From Phoronis australis (Eukaryota; Animalia; Phoronida), in the NCBI GenBank assembly GCA_002633005.1, contig NMRA01000415.1, positions 343,556-407,555 on the forward strand: 64,000 nt of DNA, in the 5' to 3' direction. Numbering within the stretch: position 1 is the first letter of the stretch; every line of letters begins with the position of its first letter. Both the position numbers and the translations under genes were made by a program. This document shows positions 12,581 to 26,363 of this stretch, piece by piece. Below the pieces are notes generated by a model. The model worked only from the letters and a program-made list of their open reading frames with translations, ran no database searches and was not told where the DNA came from.

Positions 12581-15387
12581 TTAACTGATCAGCACCATGT
12601 TGTGGCTGGAGTCGAGGCTGAGTGCCCCATCTATTGAATGATGCCGCGCATGCACAAGGTCAGTAATTTTGTCAAAGAAGTAAACACAGCAACAAAACGG
12701 GGTCCGTTTACGTTTCATAAGATAACCAATAGCCCACATTGTTTTGGATTATGATATTTGGGCATTTGGAGTTTCGTTGTGAAACAACTAAAATGAGACA
12801 GAACATGTAAAATGGGCAAAATCAGACGGAAGTTCCTAACCATCTTTAAAACCCCACAGCAGTTTCGGAGGTCGAATTCAAACATAACAAAAGCAACTTT
12901 GCATGGGAGAAACAGGTTACAGAAGGAAATTTTTAAGTTCACTTCATCCCTAGATCAGCTATATAAACTCTGTAATTAACTAATTTTATGAAGAAAGCCT
13001 TAAAAAGAGTTACGCAAATAAACAAAAGATTCAATCAAATAATTGATCGTAAATTACCATTTCCTGTTTACAACTTTTACGTGAGCATAACTGTCACGGT
13101 TCTACTTTTCTATGCCCTTGAGGTTTGTTTCATATGTTACCCCTTGATTACACCAAGTGTGGCGGACACAACTTTTTCAACAAAACACTTTTTATCGTCA
13201 GAGGCACTCAAAGGGAACAGGTTCAAATGTGGTCAGGAATATCCCTGTTTATGCAATACCAGTCTGAGGGAGGTGCACACAGATTTTACTTGGATTTAGA
13301 ACAGTTGAAGCTGGCAGTCTAGGCTTGGCAAAATTTTAATTAAAGTCCAACGTTTATGATTATTATATCGTTAACTTATGGGTCATCCGGAAATTCCTCG
13401 GCCCGTGTTGTAAATCACAGGCATCCTCAACTTCTGATCATCCTCAATACACTGTATGTACTGTAATACCACAAGGCATGACACTCGGAACTAGGAATTC
13501 CATGAGTGCTTCACTTCACACAAAAATCGAGTGTCCGACCTTTTTGTATTATAGTGTATTTGGGACGGTAAGACTCAGAGGCCGAGGACGCCTGTGGTGT
13601 AACTAACAGATGCCCTCAGCTTCTGATTCTACCCAATACACTATAAATATATGCTACACAGTATGACAGTCAGGACTAAAAATGTCATGTGTGCTTCACT
13701 GGGTCACTGGGTCACTACAGCCGTCCATATCAATTGCAAAATTCAATAAGTGTACACACAACAGGAGTTTAGCAAAACATGAGCAATTCAAAGGCGTCCT
13801 CAGCTTCTGTATATAATACTACAAGGTTTGACACACGGGACAAGGAATTCCTTGGGTGCTTCCCTTCAGTCGTTCCCATTAAACACAAAACTCAATAAAT
13901 TTACACAAAACAGGGTTTCAACAAACCATTAGCAATTGTTCTTTCTTCAAATACCATTCAATGTGTCCTGCTCGAGCGAGTTTGCAAAAATCTGCGGTCA
14001 AAGCACAAAAACGTTCCCAAAAATTCGATGCGTATATGTAGAATTAGGGTGAGCAAACAAATATGGCTGAAATTCAACAAGAGTGAAATTTTACCATTTT
14101 TCATGATATTCACAAGCTCATATCTATTATTATACTACGTGGTTGAAATGAGAAGTATGCCAGTGAAATGTTTAATTTTCTTCTTTCTATTGATATCCTT
14201 ACAAGTACTTGGGCATTAATTAGTATTTTTAAAAATTGACGTAAAGTGAGCACCTCACATATTTTTCACTCACCTGTAAATTCTTGTGACTTACCGTACG
14301 AGTCAAAATTTCAACTGTTAAATGCCCTTTACTGAACCGATTTTAATGATATTTATATCGAACTGCTAAAAATTCTGCTTTCACCCGTGAGTGTACACTT
14401 GTTATTTTTTGACAAAAATATGAGAAATTTTAGTTTTTTCCATTTAGGAACACTTCTAAAAAGATAACATCAGTCATTTTTCAAGAACCATGTTGACCTT
14501 TCCATTGTTCTAACTAAACTCGAACCTAATTGGTCAAATGTTCTTTACAGAACCAGTGAAAACGTCTCTTAATTACCAAAGTGGCTTAAACTGGTGAAAT
14601 GTTTTCGTTAAAATAGAGTAAACTATTTTTAAATTTCAAATTAACTCCAGTTTTGAGGATAGAGTCTTTTTTCCATTTTCTTCAAAACTATTTTTTGTTA
14701 CTTTTCTATCTCCTGGTGGCGTTGGGATTAGTTTCACTTTTAGAAAATTAGATTTTTCATTAAAATAAATGTTCAGTAAACGCTGCAGTGCATTAAAACA
14801 TTTTAGAATATAAATATACTCTTTTTGGAAAGTCACCAACACAACACCTCTCAGTTTCTATTTTATATGATAGGAATGAATTGATTTAAAATTCATTGAA
14901 ATTTAAGGGCCCAATCTAATTTTGTTCATATTATCATTTTTATCAAACGGTGTGCAACATAAGATTGCGAAAACATTGTGAAAAATGAATAATTCATATA
15001 ACCTCACAGGTTTTTAAATAAATAACGAAATACTCTGAAAAGGACTAGGTTTCTGGTTTTTGTTTATTATGAATTTATTTGTTATTTCAAAATCTTTTGG
15101 AGCAAAGGAAACATTTTCACTAAGCCATTGTAATTCTTGAAGCGTTTTGTCATTTTCAAGGTACTCCCTTTTTATAACACCACATTTTCAGCTTAGCTTC
15201 AGGGGCAAAAATGTCCTGTCACAAGTTGAAAAAAAATAATTCTATGGTGAGTTTTGCAATTTTTGTTTTCTTGTTCGTGCAAAATATAATAGTTTGTAGT
15301 TTGGTGTCGATCCCATCTTCTTAACCTACCGGTAAATGACTTTCTTGTATTAGGAACACAGTAAGCTAATGTTTCCTACATATTATA

Positions 15388-17796
15388 GGTAATTGTTTAC
15401 AATATGACGACATTGACCAACACACATGATTTGGGTATCGTTCGATTCCTCGCAACGTTATCTCTCCAAAAACGTATCAATGTTTCCCCTACCGCGTGCG
15501 CTTCGTATTTTATCCTCGAATTTCGGTTCGCCCTATTTCCTGGTTGACACCGCCATGTTAGCTCAACTCAAGATTACAGCGTCACCTGTTGTTAGTGAAT
15601 GAAACAGCATCATCGATTCTGAATAGTTTTCCCTCCCGGGTGAGAATTTCACACGTTTGACACGCTTTTGACCGTGTCAAACGTGTAAAATGTGTGTAAA
15701 ACGTGTCAAAGCACGACACGTTAGCGTATCAAACGTGTAACAATGTGCCACGTTAGCGTGTCAAACGTGTAAAATTTGCCACGTTAGCGTGTGAAACGTG
15801 TAAAATTTGACACGCTAGCATATTAAACGTGTAAAATGTGATACGCTAGCGTGTCAAACATGTAAAATTTGTCACGTTAGCGTGTCAAACGTGTTAAATT
15901 TGACACGCTAGCATATCAAACGTGTTAAATGTGACACGCTAACGTGTCAAACATGTAAAATATGATAGAACTCTTCAATAAAGATAGGCTTGGCAGTTCT
16001 GAAAAGACCACTGGGAGATAATCACTCAATTTGAATGACTAAACATGTTCCCTTAATAACATCAAAGAATTTGCAACAAAAGATTTCACTGCCTTTTCAA
16101 ATATCCAAATACTGAGTTACATGTAGAGTTGGTTTAGCTGTCAGGTAGTGCAGTTGTGTCAGGAGAGCACTTATGAAGAATGGTTGTCGAGTGTGGTGCA
16201 ACTCTAACAAAAGTTTCGTATGTATGTACTCTGGTTGACAGTGGCTTGATCAACTTTTCTTGCAAATGGTATTTCTTTTAACAGGTAAGTTTGATTTAAG
16301 ACAAAACAAGAGTTAGTAGAAACTGTTGACTATGCAGGTAATATATGAAGTTGGAACGCCTCTTAAGTAGTATATGAATTCATAATTGTTGTTATAGAAT
16401 CAACTCACATTTAGTGGCAGCTTGAATGAGGATAAGACATTGTGTGCAGAGGTTTTGGCTGCAAAATCAACATGAACTCGATTTAATGACAATGTTGAAT
16501 CACTCTTGGTAATTCAAAAATGTTACAAAGTTCGTCTGTTCTTTATTTCATAAACAGTTTACAAGCAACTGGCATGACTCAAAAGCTAATTTATATACAT
16601 ATATATAGCAGCTTAGCACTTCGAAATTGTATGTTGAACCATTTTCTTATTTCTGTGTTAATGTTATTTTATATGTAATGAATTTTGCTGACAACTGTAT
16701 TTGGTAAGAATTGGATAGTTCTATATCATTATCACATTTTGGATCATTTACATGTTAAAATAAACAGTGACTCAAAGAAGAAATCCCTTTACACATTTGC
16801 TTTCAGTATGGATTTCCATGGTGGATGGTGAGCTGTTATAAACAAGAACAATGTGGCTTGTACCCGGCCTCAGGCTAAATGTGGGGTCGCTACCATGGCA
16901 TGGAAATGACACAGATTATAGGCTAGGATGGTAAAAGCGCCACGTTCGACACTCTAGCGTGTCAAAAGTTCCATGTTTGCTCTAATTTACACGTTTGGCA
17001 CGCTGAGCATGTCAAACGTGGAGTATTGGAACAAAAATGACACGTTTTTGTCACGTTTTGGCACGCCACATTTGACACGATATCGCCACGTTTTACACGC
17101 TTATCGCCATGTTTGAGAATTGGAACGAAAAAAAATTACACGTTTTTGACATGTTCTTGACACGTTTGACACTCTACACTTTGCACGTTTGACACGCCAC
17201 GTTTTACACGCCACGTTTTACACGTTGGACACGTTTTTCAGGCGTTCCAATTTTCCACGTTTTTAGAGGGTGTCAAATTCTCGCCCGAGCGCGCCGAGAT
17301 TCCCACTAAAGTTTTCCTGGCATAATATGGAGGACAAGTAGCAGCATTTCACCTTTTCTAATTTTTCTATAATTGTGACCATTTTCCACGAAATTTTCAC
17401 CAATTTGGACCTCAAAAACAACCTTCGCTTTTTCGCGGATTCTTGCTCTCAGTTGCATACTAGGGTCGCCATAGGATCGAATTCGAACCTTTGGGACACT
17501 AACTGGGGCAGGGGATAGGCGGGTCTCAGTCAGTTTGAACTTCTGAAAAGTTACGATCTGCAGAAGTCGCGGAAAATTAGTTTAATTTTTGACCGCCAGG
17601 TGACTCCTTCCATTCAACATGGCGGTATTACTACCGAGTACCGGGAAATAGTGCGAGAAGAAATTCCACGATAAAATACTAAGGGAACGGGGTAGGAAAA
17701 TTTCCTGTGTAACTTTGGAAAGATAACTTTGCAAGGAATCGAACAATACCAAAACCATATGTGTAAGTTAATGTCGTCATATTGTAAACAATTACC
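15388..17796. mobile_element. Long-TIR (~200 bp) MITE with GG...CC ends and an ATA target duplication
   Basis: GGTAATTGTTTACAATATGACGACATT... (15388-~15590) is the diverged reverse complement of ~17595-17796 (...AATGTCGTCATATTGTAAACAATTACC). ATA flanks both sides. Confidence 0.8.
15631..17293. mobile_element. EnSpm/CACTA-like non-autonomous element with subterminal tandem arrays
   Basis: TIR CCCGGGTGAGAATTTCACAC matches the reverse complement of GTGTCAAATTCTCGCCCGAG at 17/20. A 30-bp tandem array (CACGTTAGCGTGTCAAACGTGTAAAATTTG) lies at 15650-15960 and inverted motif copies at 16940-17260. Confidence 0.75.
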
Positions 17797-19509
17797 ATAT
17801 GATACATTGTACTTGTCTAAACTTGCCATTTTCTTTGGCCTGAAGCTTCAGGGTGCTGTTTGCTTAAAAAGGCAATTTTTGAGGCTTTAAATCTTAAATA
17901 ACTGAAGAACCGTCCAACTGATTTGAAAATTTCAAAAAGTTATATAAGTACCATGTCTAAAGCTCTCATTTAACACTCTTTTCAAGTGCTTCTTATGAAA
18001 TGTGTATTTCGGTTTGCTCACCCAACACTGTAGTGTGTAGGGGACGATCAGAAGCTGAGGACACTTTTGACTGTGGCTGGAGCAGGGCACCGTAAAGGCT
18101 ACCAGGAGAAGGAAATATTGGTTTGTTGGACCCCTGTTTTGTGTACATCCATGGAGCTTTGTGTTTGATATGAGCGAATCCCGAGTGTCATATCTTGTAA
18201 TATATTGTAGGCCCAATTTGCATTGTGGTCGATCAGAGGCTGTGGTATAAATCATGTTTTGCATTCTCTTACAGACACTGGAATGACATGCAAAGTAAAC
18301 AAATATGAAACTTACCAGAAATACATGTATGAAGTTCACTGTGAAACTCCTTCACTATTCTGTTACACACGCTGGTTTCAAACTGTTGAAAATCTCTAAA
18401 CAACTCAAGTGTTCTTCAACGGAAATTTCAAATTGGCGGTTTTTTCATGAGGGTCATGTGGTGGATAATTTTCTTTAAAAAATAAAATTCCACAGTAATA
18501 CATCTGCTGGTAATTAAGTATTTTTATGAAAATTGAAAATTTTTATTGTTACACATCTGATGGTGATTTTTTAAAGAAAACTCAAAGGTTTTTAGCGTTA
18601 AAATAGTAAGCCTGGCCCTCCTGTGGGCAAGCCTCTACTGCCCTCTTGTGTTCAAGTCTGTGTTTTCCGGTCCAATACCGGCGAGCCGCTAAGGGAAAGT
18701 TCACTGGGTTAGTGTCGTGGGAACGGTACTGGGCCATTCGTGGCCCAGAAACGTAAACCGGTATACACATGTACGGTACAAGCGTTATCGAGCAACAGGT
18801 ATCCAGTACTGGGCCATTACTGTCAAGTTTACTGGGAAACAAGGTCTCACTGGTAAGCAGTTTGAAATACCAACGACGAGAGATGAAATTGCAAGACAGG
18901 AATTCTCAAGGTTAGTTCAGATTTAGTGTGTGGCATTATGATCATACAATTAATGGAAAAGGAGCTCCAATTTGGCAAGAAAATGTGTGAAACTCTCTTA
19001 GTTCAGTAATGAAATGCAAAAATATGGGCGAAGTAAAAGGATTTCCAAACATATTTTGAAAAAGCAAAAAAGTTCCGTGTCTGCTTTCTGAAATACAATT
19101 CTACGTTGTATGCTGGAACTGAGAATTCAGTGACATCCTTGCCCGATCTTCAATGGTCCAGTTCCGATGAAAGGCTTTAGCTGCCTTTAGGCCAACACTG
19201 AAATTTGATTGGGTTATTCGGGGGAAACCGACACCACCGGAATAGCTTCTCATACAACCTTACTTGTGGACGCCTCATTTCCAGATGATGACGAGTTTGC
19301 ACTCTAGGATTAAGCATAGTTTAGATAGTTCATAGAGAGCTTATATGTATTGGGTTCCTCAAAGCCAGAGCTAAAATACTTTGAAATTTTTTGTCCACCT
19401 TTTTGAAGTTTTAGAACTCGAAAGGTTCGTTCATTGGGAAAATGTCTTTTAGCACTTCTAAATCGCAACTCAAACCTTAGACCTACAGCTGTACATGTGT
19501 AACTGCTGT

Positions 19510-19680
19510 CCAAGAGCATACCACATCACCAGCTCTCTTTTTAGGACTTAAGTATGTTAAGTGTACACCCAGAGATGTTGACGCACAGGATACGAGAAGC
19601 AATTGAGGTACAAGTCCACAAACCTAGTCTTAACAGGCATCCGGGACTTGATATGCATGCAGTGTATACAGATCTGTTAT
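19510..19680 (+). mobile_element. Penelope-like element, GIY-YIG C-terminal fragment
   Basis: Translates to RIREAIEVQVHKPSLNRHPGLDMHAVYTDLL, matching the PLE pattern 'R.I.EAI.I....P.LNRD.G..L..VY..LL'. Confidence 0.7.
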
Positions 19681-20659
19681 GGGATTCCCTCCGACAGTAG
19701 GGATTCTTCGGTACTGTTTTAAACCTTTTATTCTACAACAACATATTTTCCCAGACATATTTGTTTTACCGTTTGAACACACCATGCATAATTTGACCCA
19801 AGCTTTTTATGGAATGCCATCTAACTTGCTAGAGGTAGAACCAGTCTCATATTGGTGTGGATGTTAATCTAAAAGAAAAGTGAAAATATAAATACGTTAT
19901 ATTTAGAACAGAGCTCAATTGTCACTTTTTAAAACACTTTGCCAGAGATTCGAGCCCCCCGTATTAAAGGCTGGGTGCGGGCATGCATGGAACCCTGAAT
20001 TTTTTTCCATCAAAATTGTAGCTCGCTTGAACTCTGCAGGTTTGTGCATCATTGGCATTGATTGACTAGAGAAGATTTTCATTGACCAAAGTTGAGGTCT
20101 AGTCATACTTTTCCATCATAATATGAAAATATTATGAAAATGCTCAACGGTGTATTCGCAATGAAAGAAAACAGAGTAGTTGAAGGCCTGGCTTTTAGCA
20201 CGACGGAGGACTGCCTATATTGAACTTACCGTCAGCATATATATACTGAATTTAAAAAACAGAAACGTTCAAACCTACACACGCATGCCTGTCAATCCAC
20301 CAATTCACAATCAAAGTGGACACTGGATGAACAACATATTTGCATATTTGACGATCACTTTTAATTCACTTCTACCGTACTATGGTTGCAATTAAACCAA
20401 AAATAGCAGAATAACAAATCTCAATTTCTCTGCTGTTTTGTTTCTTGGCCGAGTTTAAGGCATTCACACAGCTCTACATATTAGGAGCTCTCTCGTTGCT
20501 ATATACGTATCATGTAGCTTACTTAGGTCTTAGGGCTAGACTTTTATGCCTAGGTAGAGACATTCACTTGTTACCCTTTGTTGTAGCCACCACGTGCGTT
20601 GATTATGAATAACATAAAGCCTCCACTTATCGTATCCACGATCCTAGTCATCTAGACAA

Positions 20660-22700
20660 ACATCGGCACTCGGGCGAAGTCTGCCGAGTACGGCCCGATG
20701 TCACGTGACACAATTTGAATCAGAAGCAAATTTAAAATTATTGCTAACTTAGTGGTTAGTAGCACCAGTAGCAGCAACAATTTTGTTGTTATTGTCCATT
20801 CATATCCTATCTTTAACGAATATGCTGGGGGTGGACCTTTTCAGCGGGGAAGGGGATCGATCGAACCCCCAACCCCCCGCCCCAGGCTACCAGCCTGTAC
20901 TACTAATAATGAAAGTAAAAAGGTGAAGCATGAACTAGATTCTTTATTTAATTCAACTGCAATTCAGTCACTATTTCCAAAAAGATTACATGTATACATA
21001 GTGGTTGGTTACCCCCTTCCGCAATGTGGATCACCGGGGCCATCGCCACGGTGACTGAGCCCCATATACAACATCTATGAATAATTAATTCGAACGTGTT
21101 TTATATTCACTGTGAAGGCAAAAAGCGAACAGTTCCATTGCTGGCATATCTGTTTCGGGCAAATGAAATGATTGTCAATCTAACTACAATGAAAAATTAT
21201 CAGGACTCGATGTACCCACGAATTGTGAATAACATGTTCGCAACATGAACAGAATGTTTCATCTGCGTTATAGCTTTGATAGTTTCCACGAAATCTAACA
21301 CTACCACACGTACCCAATATCAAGTGCCGCAGAGGTGTTTTCAGCGTTTTTGGAGAACACCATGTGAATCATAAAAAATACGGACTGTTCCAAAGAGAGG
21401 TCAACAGCCGACCTATTTAAGCTCTTCCTCGTACGTCGTTCTGAGAACGCACAGTTTTCCAGCATTTCACGTAATATTGGGTTTGCGAGTTACAACTTTT
21501 GGTAAAACATTGTTCCCCATCAGGCGTAGTTTGTGTGGTTCAGGGCAAAGGATACATCTAGCATAGTCGGGAAAATGTTGATATAGCCACTGACGTCATT
21601 GTTCTTGACGCATCTCTGGAGTGCTCCGTGGGTTCGGTTCATGACAAAGATGGATATTGCCCAAAACTGATCAGTTTTGCCAAACTTGCCATTAATCACT
21701 GTGTGAAATTAAGGTAATTGGCGCGCATATATACAGGTAGCGCAGACGACAGCAAAAGACGGCATTTCGATTATTATTCGTTTTAGCAGCTGAATCAAAT
21801 GACTCGTCCGAAAAAAGAGGGACGCAGTTTCGACTGGTAAATTAAATAGGACAACGAAAAATGGAAGTTAGTGCAAACAAAAGGTACTATCCGTTTTGGA
21901 CGGGTTTTTAAGTTTTGTTTTTAATACTGAATTACGTCGAGTATTCCGTTGTTTTTGCATGGACTTGTAAGATCGCTTCCACCCTCAGGCGCGATGTTTC
22001 TGGTTTTCACACCCTGACGTAAACTTGCGGATAAAAATCTCTCACCTTGTGTAGTGACCTATGTCGTACGGACTTAGTGGCTTTATTGAATATCGAAGTT
22101 CCTGGTTCCTGAATGTGATGCTTATTCAGCGTGAATGGGCTTATAATCAATTTTGTTTTGACTCTTTATTTGTCTGATATGGCATCTTACTGTTAAGTCA
22201 GGTGCAGTGATGTTGAACATCGGGCGATTGGTTTCAAATGGTTACTTGGTGGGCTGATCTAGCTCAACTCAGTTACTTGAGTGTGTTTGGCGGGGATAAC
22301 CCACCACTAGATTTGTCTGGCAGTGTTTATTCGTGATACCTGGGCTCACAGTGAATAGTTTGCTGGTTTCACGTGGTCACCTCTTGGATTGATCTAGCTC
22401 AATTTTTTACCTTGTTTATATTACCGTCTGGCTGATACTCCCCACCACTGAAATCGTCTGGCAATGACCAGTTTTGATGCAGTTGATTACATAGTAGGTA
22501 TCCAAGGCAGTTTGAAGTTGTTACCAGAAAAGTTGATCTAGCTCAATTTTTCAGTGTCATTCTCTTGGCTCCCCTGACTACACCCACCAGAGCGAACCTG
22601 CAAGACGGCCATTTCCAAGCACCATGATACCATAGATCAGTGTGGCACCAAAGAAAATTGATTAACTTTTCATGCCCAAAAAGCTCTGGGATCCCGGTCT
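20660..22700 (+). repeat. Diverged direct copy of blocks at 37550-40150
   Basis: Shared segments: 20660-20810 with 37550-37700; ~21540-21585 with ~38055-38100; 22590-22700 with 40030-40150. Confidence 0.65.
22225..22560 (+). repeat. Three diverged ~140-bp tandem units
   Basis: Recurrent core TGATCTAGCTCAA near 22255, 22390 and 22535, each followed by a CCCACCA motif. Confidence 0.7.
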
Positions 22701-24505
22701 ATTTTGGCGGAGTTTGAGAAAACTTGACAGAGCTATATGGTGAGGATGCACTAACAATACACAGCTTTCGTACATATTTACCGTCATTAGCACACCCTGT
22801 TGGCCGTTTTGTTTGTCGTAGGTTTATGTCTGGTTTGCACCGGTTCCCGACACTGAGGTGATTGGTCTAGTTGTCAAGTTAGTGTAATTATATTACACCA
22901 TGCCTGTACCTGCATGTGACTTCTCAATGGGATGTGAAGTCCGAGGAAGCCGATCTGGACCCGTACGCAATCGTCGATGTTAACTACTGACCATCGAATG
23001 GAAACCCCCATACTTCACGCGAGGTTTGGATGTTTTATATCCATTGGCCACGACGATCCTATCACTGGAAATGACAAAAAAGAAAACATTGTGGGTGTGG
23101 TTAGTGGCATTGTTCAAGATACTTCGTTGGGCTGTGGTTTATTGACTCTCAAGTACTGCCTTCAATTACACGGATTTTTTACGAGTCCTTATGGATCGTC
23201 AAAAAGTAAATCGCGAGCATCCGCATAAATAATCTGTCACAAAATGCAACAACTCGCAGGTATTCGTAATAGTCCGTGAAGGTAGAGGCAATATTTTTAC
23301 ATAGCAAAAATCAAAAATCTGGTGATCGTCCGTGGATTGACCTAGTTGCCATTTTCAATTTTCGAGTCTTTCGTTAACAACTTCGACTTCTACTGTATAT
23401 AGAAGTCCAAGGTTTCAGTGAAAAATTCTCTATGCGTAGTTAGGTAGGGCCACGAGAATCAAAAATATACAGTGTTTATTTAGATCTTTGAACCCTCCAA
23501 TTACATGCCAAGTGACATTTCGTGCAAACTTGGCAGGGTGAATTTCGGTGTTTGTCGTAGCAGCTCGGATCACTAGTACTCTGAAGTAGCAGCAAGGCGT
23601 TAGGCTCATAGGTGATTACACCAAGTTCCATAAAAAATCGAAACTTGTTATTTTTTGTGTTTCAACAAAAATTTACTGTTATGTTCAATTGCTCCTAGTG
23701 AAAATATTGTCCAATAGTCATGGTAACACGTCGCACGCATACGTACACGCATGCGCCATGTGCACGCGCAAACACTCCCAGTTACTTATCAGTAGTTCTG
23801 AGTATAGGCACACACCGAGTCTCGTTATTGAAAGAACAACAAAAGGAGTCCGTTATTGTGCAAATCTGCCCCGTCATGGAACAAGTTCAGCCTTTTCGTG
23901 CTACCAATTTCAATGTTTGATGCGAGATGAAAAATTTCTTGTGTAATTTAAAAAGGTGAAACTTTACGATTAATTTCAAAAGCTTGTTTGTAAAATATTA
24001 AATTTCCTTTTTATGAACTTAGAAGTAGAGATTCTCATAAGCAAATTTAATAATTAGTTTACCTGCATGTAATAAATTTAATAACTCATTAATACTTATA
24101 GTAAGATGTGTGCGTGTCAGTGTGAATGTTATTAATAAGTTACATCACTAAACCAGGTTGCCGTTATAATAATACTATAATACTCGATTACCACTATACT
24201 GAAATCTATAAAACCTGCCTTTAATTGTGAATTGATCAGTTTGAAAGATTTCTTTCGTGTATGTATTGAAGGTTTTAATTTTGCTATATATACTCTGGGC
24301 TCCAAGAACGTCGATGAATTCTAACAAGTCACAAAATCTATAAGACTATTGCAAATTTGTTCAATAGGTAATTCACTTACTGAAAAGCATTATGATTTAC
24401 CTAATGAACATCATATTTGAAAGCAAAGAAAAAGCCATTCCATCATGTGTGGTAAATATCTTTATGTGTACCTAAATTAATTCCCGTTTCATTTTCTAGG
24501 AAACC

Positions 24506-24564
24506 ATGAAGACCGCTGCATTTTTCTTCGCTTTGTTGGTCATCACATCTGTGATTACTACAAC
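24506..24564 (+). CDS. Secreted peptide precursor A, signal-peptide exon: MKTAAFFFALLVITSVITT(T)
   Basis: Acceptor TTTTCTAG|G at 24500, good Kozak context (ACCATGA), hydrophobic core, donor AC|GTAAGT (phase 2). A probable non-coding first exon ends at AG|GTAATT (24367), with TATA-like sequences near 24207 and 24285. Confidence 0.82.
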
Positions 24565-26246
24565 GTAAGTACGACTATCAATTGAATTCTGTAATTTTAT
24601 TCATATGACCTAACTGCGAAGCGATAGATTATTAGCGAATAATAATAACGCTATTTTGTCATTACTGTTGGATGGAGTAGACTCTTTGAAGTTATTTGTT
24701 TTGACACAGCAATGAAACATGGAAATTTGTTGTATTTCTCCCTGCTGTTTACCAGACATTCGCCGAATTCAAAGCCGGTGACTATACATGTACTTTTAAA
24801 TACACTTAAATACGTTGCTGTATAATGCGCAAGGTTTAGCTCAACCAGTGGAAAGTTTGGTTGCGATGTGACAACTTTGAATTTCTGATTCCGTACTGGG
24901 GATAATTTCGGAAAAAGACTCGGCTATAATTGTTCTATAATCAGATTACATCATGAAAGAAGACTACGTTTGAGCTTCCGATCGTATGTCGGTCATTGGT
25001 TAGGTCAGTCATGTACCAAGTTTATACTCAAAACGTTGTGGATAGATTTTGAAAAAGACTTCCAGGAGATGCTCGGAATGAGCAAAGAAGTAAGCGATTA
25101 TATTTTTGAAAAGACGTGGTGCTTTGCGGTCATACAACGGAGGTTTTGATTTGTAAAGGATTGACAAACGTCATTTGGTTATAAGTAATCGGGTGCACGC
25201 TAAAGTCCGCGCAAACGACGTATGTTGAAAGTCGTTAAACATTTATAGCCTTTGAAAACAAACTTTTTTGTATAATAGCGTCGTGGTGAAAACTGCAGTG
25301 CCTTGATGAAGGTTTCCATTCAATTTTTAGTTATTTAAATTGCTCAAACTCAAAAAAATTATGCCAAAAAAGACCAAAAGCAAAACAAAGGCTTTCAAGT
25401 TCTGTGGCGGCCTTAATGGCTTCTGAACAAGACGATCTTAGCAAAACAACTGGGTTTGATAGGAATGACCTACCCTTGAAGGATGGAGCCACTTTATATG
25501 AATTAATAGATAATGTCGAGACCAGGGGCCTTCTCGAAGAGTCTACAACCAAAAGTTGATCTTTTTTCTTTGGCTTCCGGTTAGCTCCCGGGCAGACTAC
25601 AGTTTCCGGTCTTTTGGCTTTTGAGATGTTGACAGAATATTTGAGTTTTAGCCTTAGCCTGATTTCGCAATTCATGCTGCTCCATCTGTTGACTGATGTT
25701 TAACCAAAATACAACTGACTCATCGAGAAGAAGACGACACTGGGCTCATAGTCTTAATGAGAATTGAATACAAACATATTGGATTTGTGGAAAGAAGTTC
25801 ACGAAGGTTAACAATTAGTTTAAGGTGACATTATAGGCGACGACAATATTGTGTCCATGACGAACTCGAACTCACGGCCTCTGCTGTCGCAATTCCACAT
25901 TCTTCTCGAAAGGCTAATACAGGTGTAACTGAGACAATGCAGCAGCTAACCGATTATTTTGAGCCTGTTTAATTGATATGGTCACCGCCTCGATTTTAAT
26001 TATTTCCTATGACTGGAAGCCTTTATAGGAAATAAGCAATTTCTAATAAAATAGCAAAAACATAACTGATTTCCTGTTTTATAGCTGTGGTCAAGCTAAC
26101 GACATTTTTAAAAACGACAATTATTAATACTTTTATCCGGAATGCTTAGGCCACTGTCGAAATAAATGTTATATTTCTAAAACATTTTTATCTCGAAGCT
26201 TAGCTCACTGTCTAAGTTTCAAACATTTTGGGTACTTGTATTACAG

Positions 26247-26363
26247 AGTTGTAGAGGCTTTTACTGCGAATGTAATGGGTGCAAGAATTGATCGTCGATC
26301 GGAGTCCAACGCCGAAGAGTTCCAGAAACAACTTACAGTGGAAGAGATGAACCAGGAGGCGAA
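26247..26363 (+). CDS. Secreted peptide precursor A, next coding exon: VVEA-FTANVMGARID-RR-SESNAEEFQKQLTVEEMNQEA(K)
   Basis: Acceptor TATTACAG|, 117 nt open in phase 2, donor AA|GTAAGC (read-through gives K-stop). Supplies a V-E-A signal cleavage site, a dibasic RR and an acidic tail. Confidence 0.75.

Larger units (their letters stand above)
14045..18025. mobile_element. TIR element with TAGGGTGAGCAAAC termini (Academ- or hAT-like, non-autonomous)
   Basis: TAGGGTGAGCAAAC at 14045 and GTTTGCTCACCCAA at 18012-18025 (13/14 match). Confidence 0.6.
13400..18250. mobile_element. Element with ~190-bp subterminal units (three direct copies at 13400-13940, inverted copies at 18030-18250)
   Basis: Unit with CCTCAGCTTCTGATC...TGACACTCGG...TACACAAAACAGGG..CAACAAACCA, in opposite orientation on the two sides. 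True termini not identified. Confidence 0.55.
11081..18836. mobile_element. Non-autonomous TIR element with CCCAGTAAAC termini (EnSpm/CACTA-like), hosting nested insertions
   Basis: CCCAGTAAAC at 11081 and GTTTACTGGG ending at 18836. Subterminal TACTGGGCCA(G/T)TAC motifs at both ends (11095-11390, 18660-18830). No clear TSD. Confidence 0.7.

Noticed and set aside
15650-15960. Regular 30-bp array that could be mistaken for CRISPR
   Set aside because: Head-to-tail repeats without unique spacers, no cas genes, eukaryotic context; it is a subterminal array of a TIR element.
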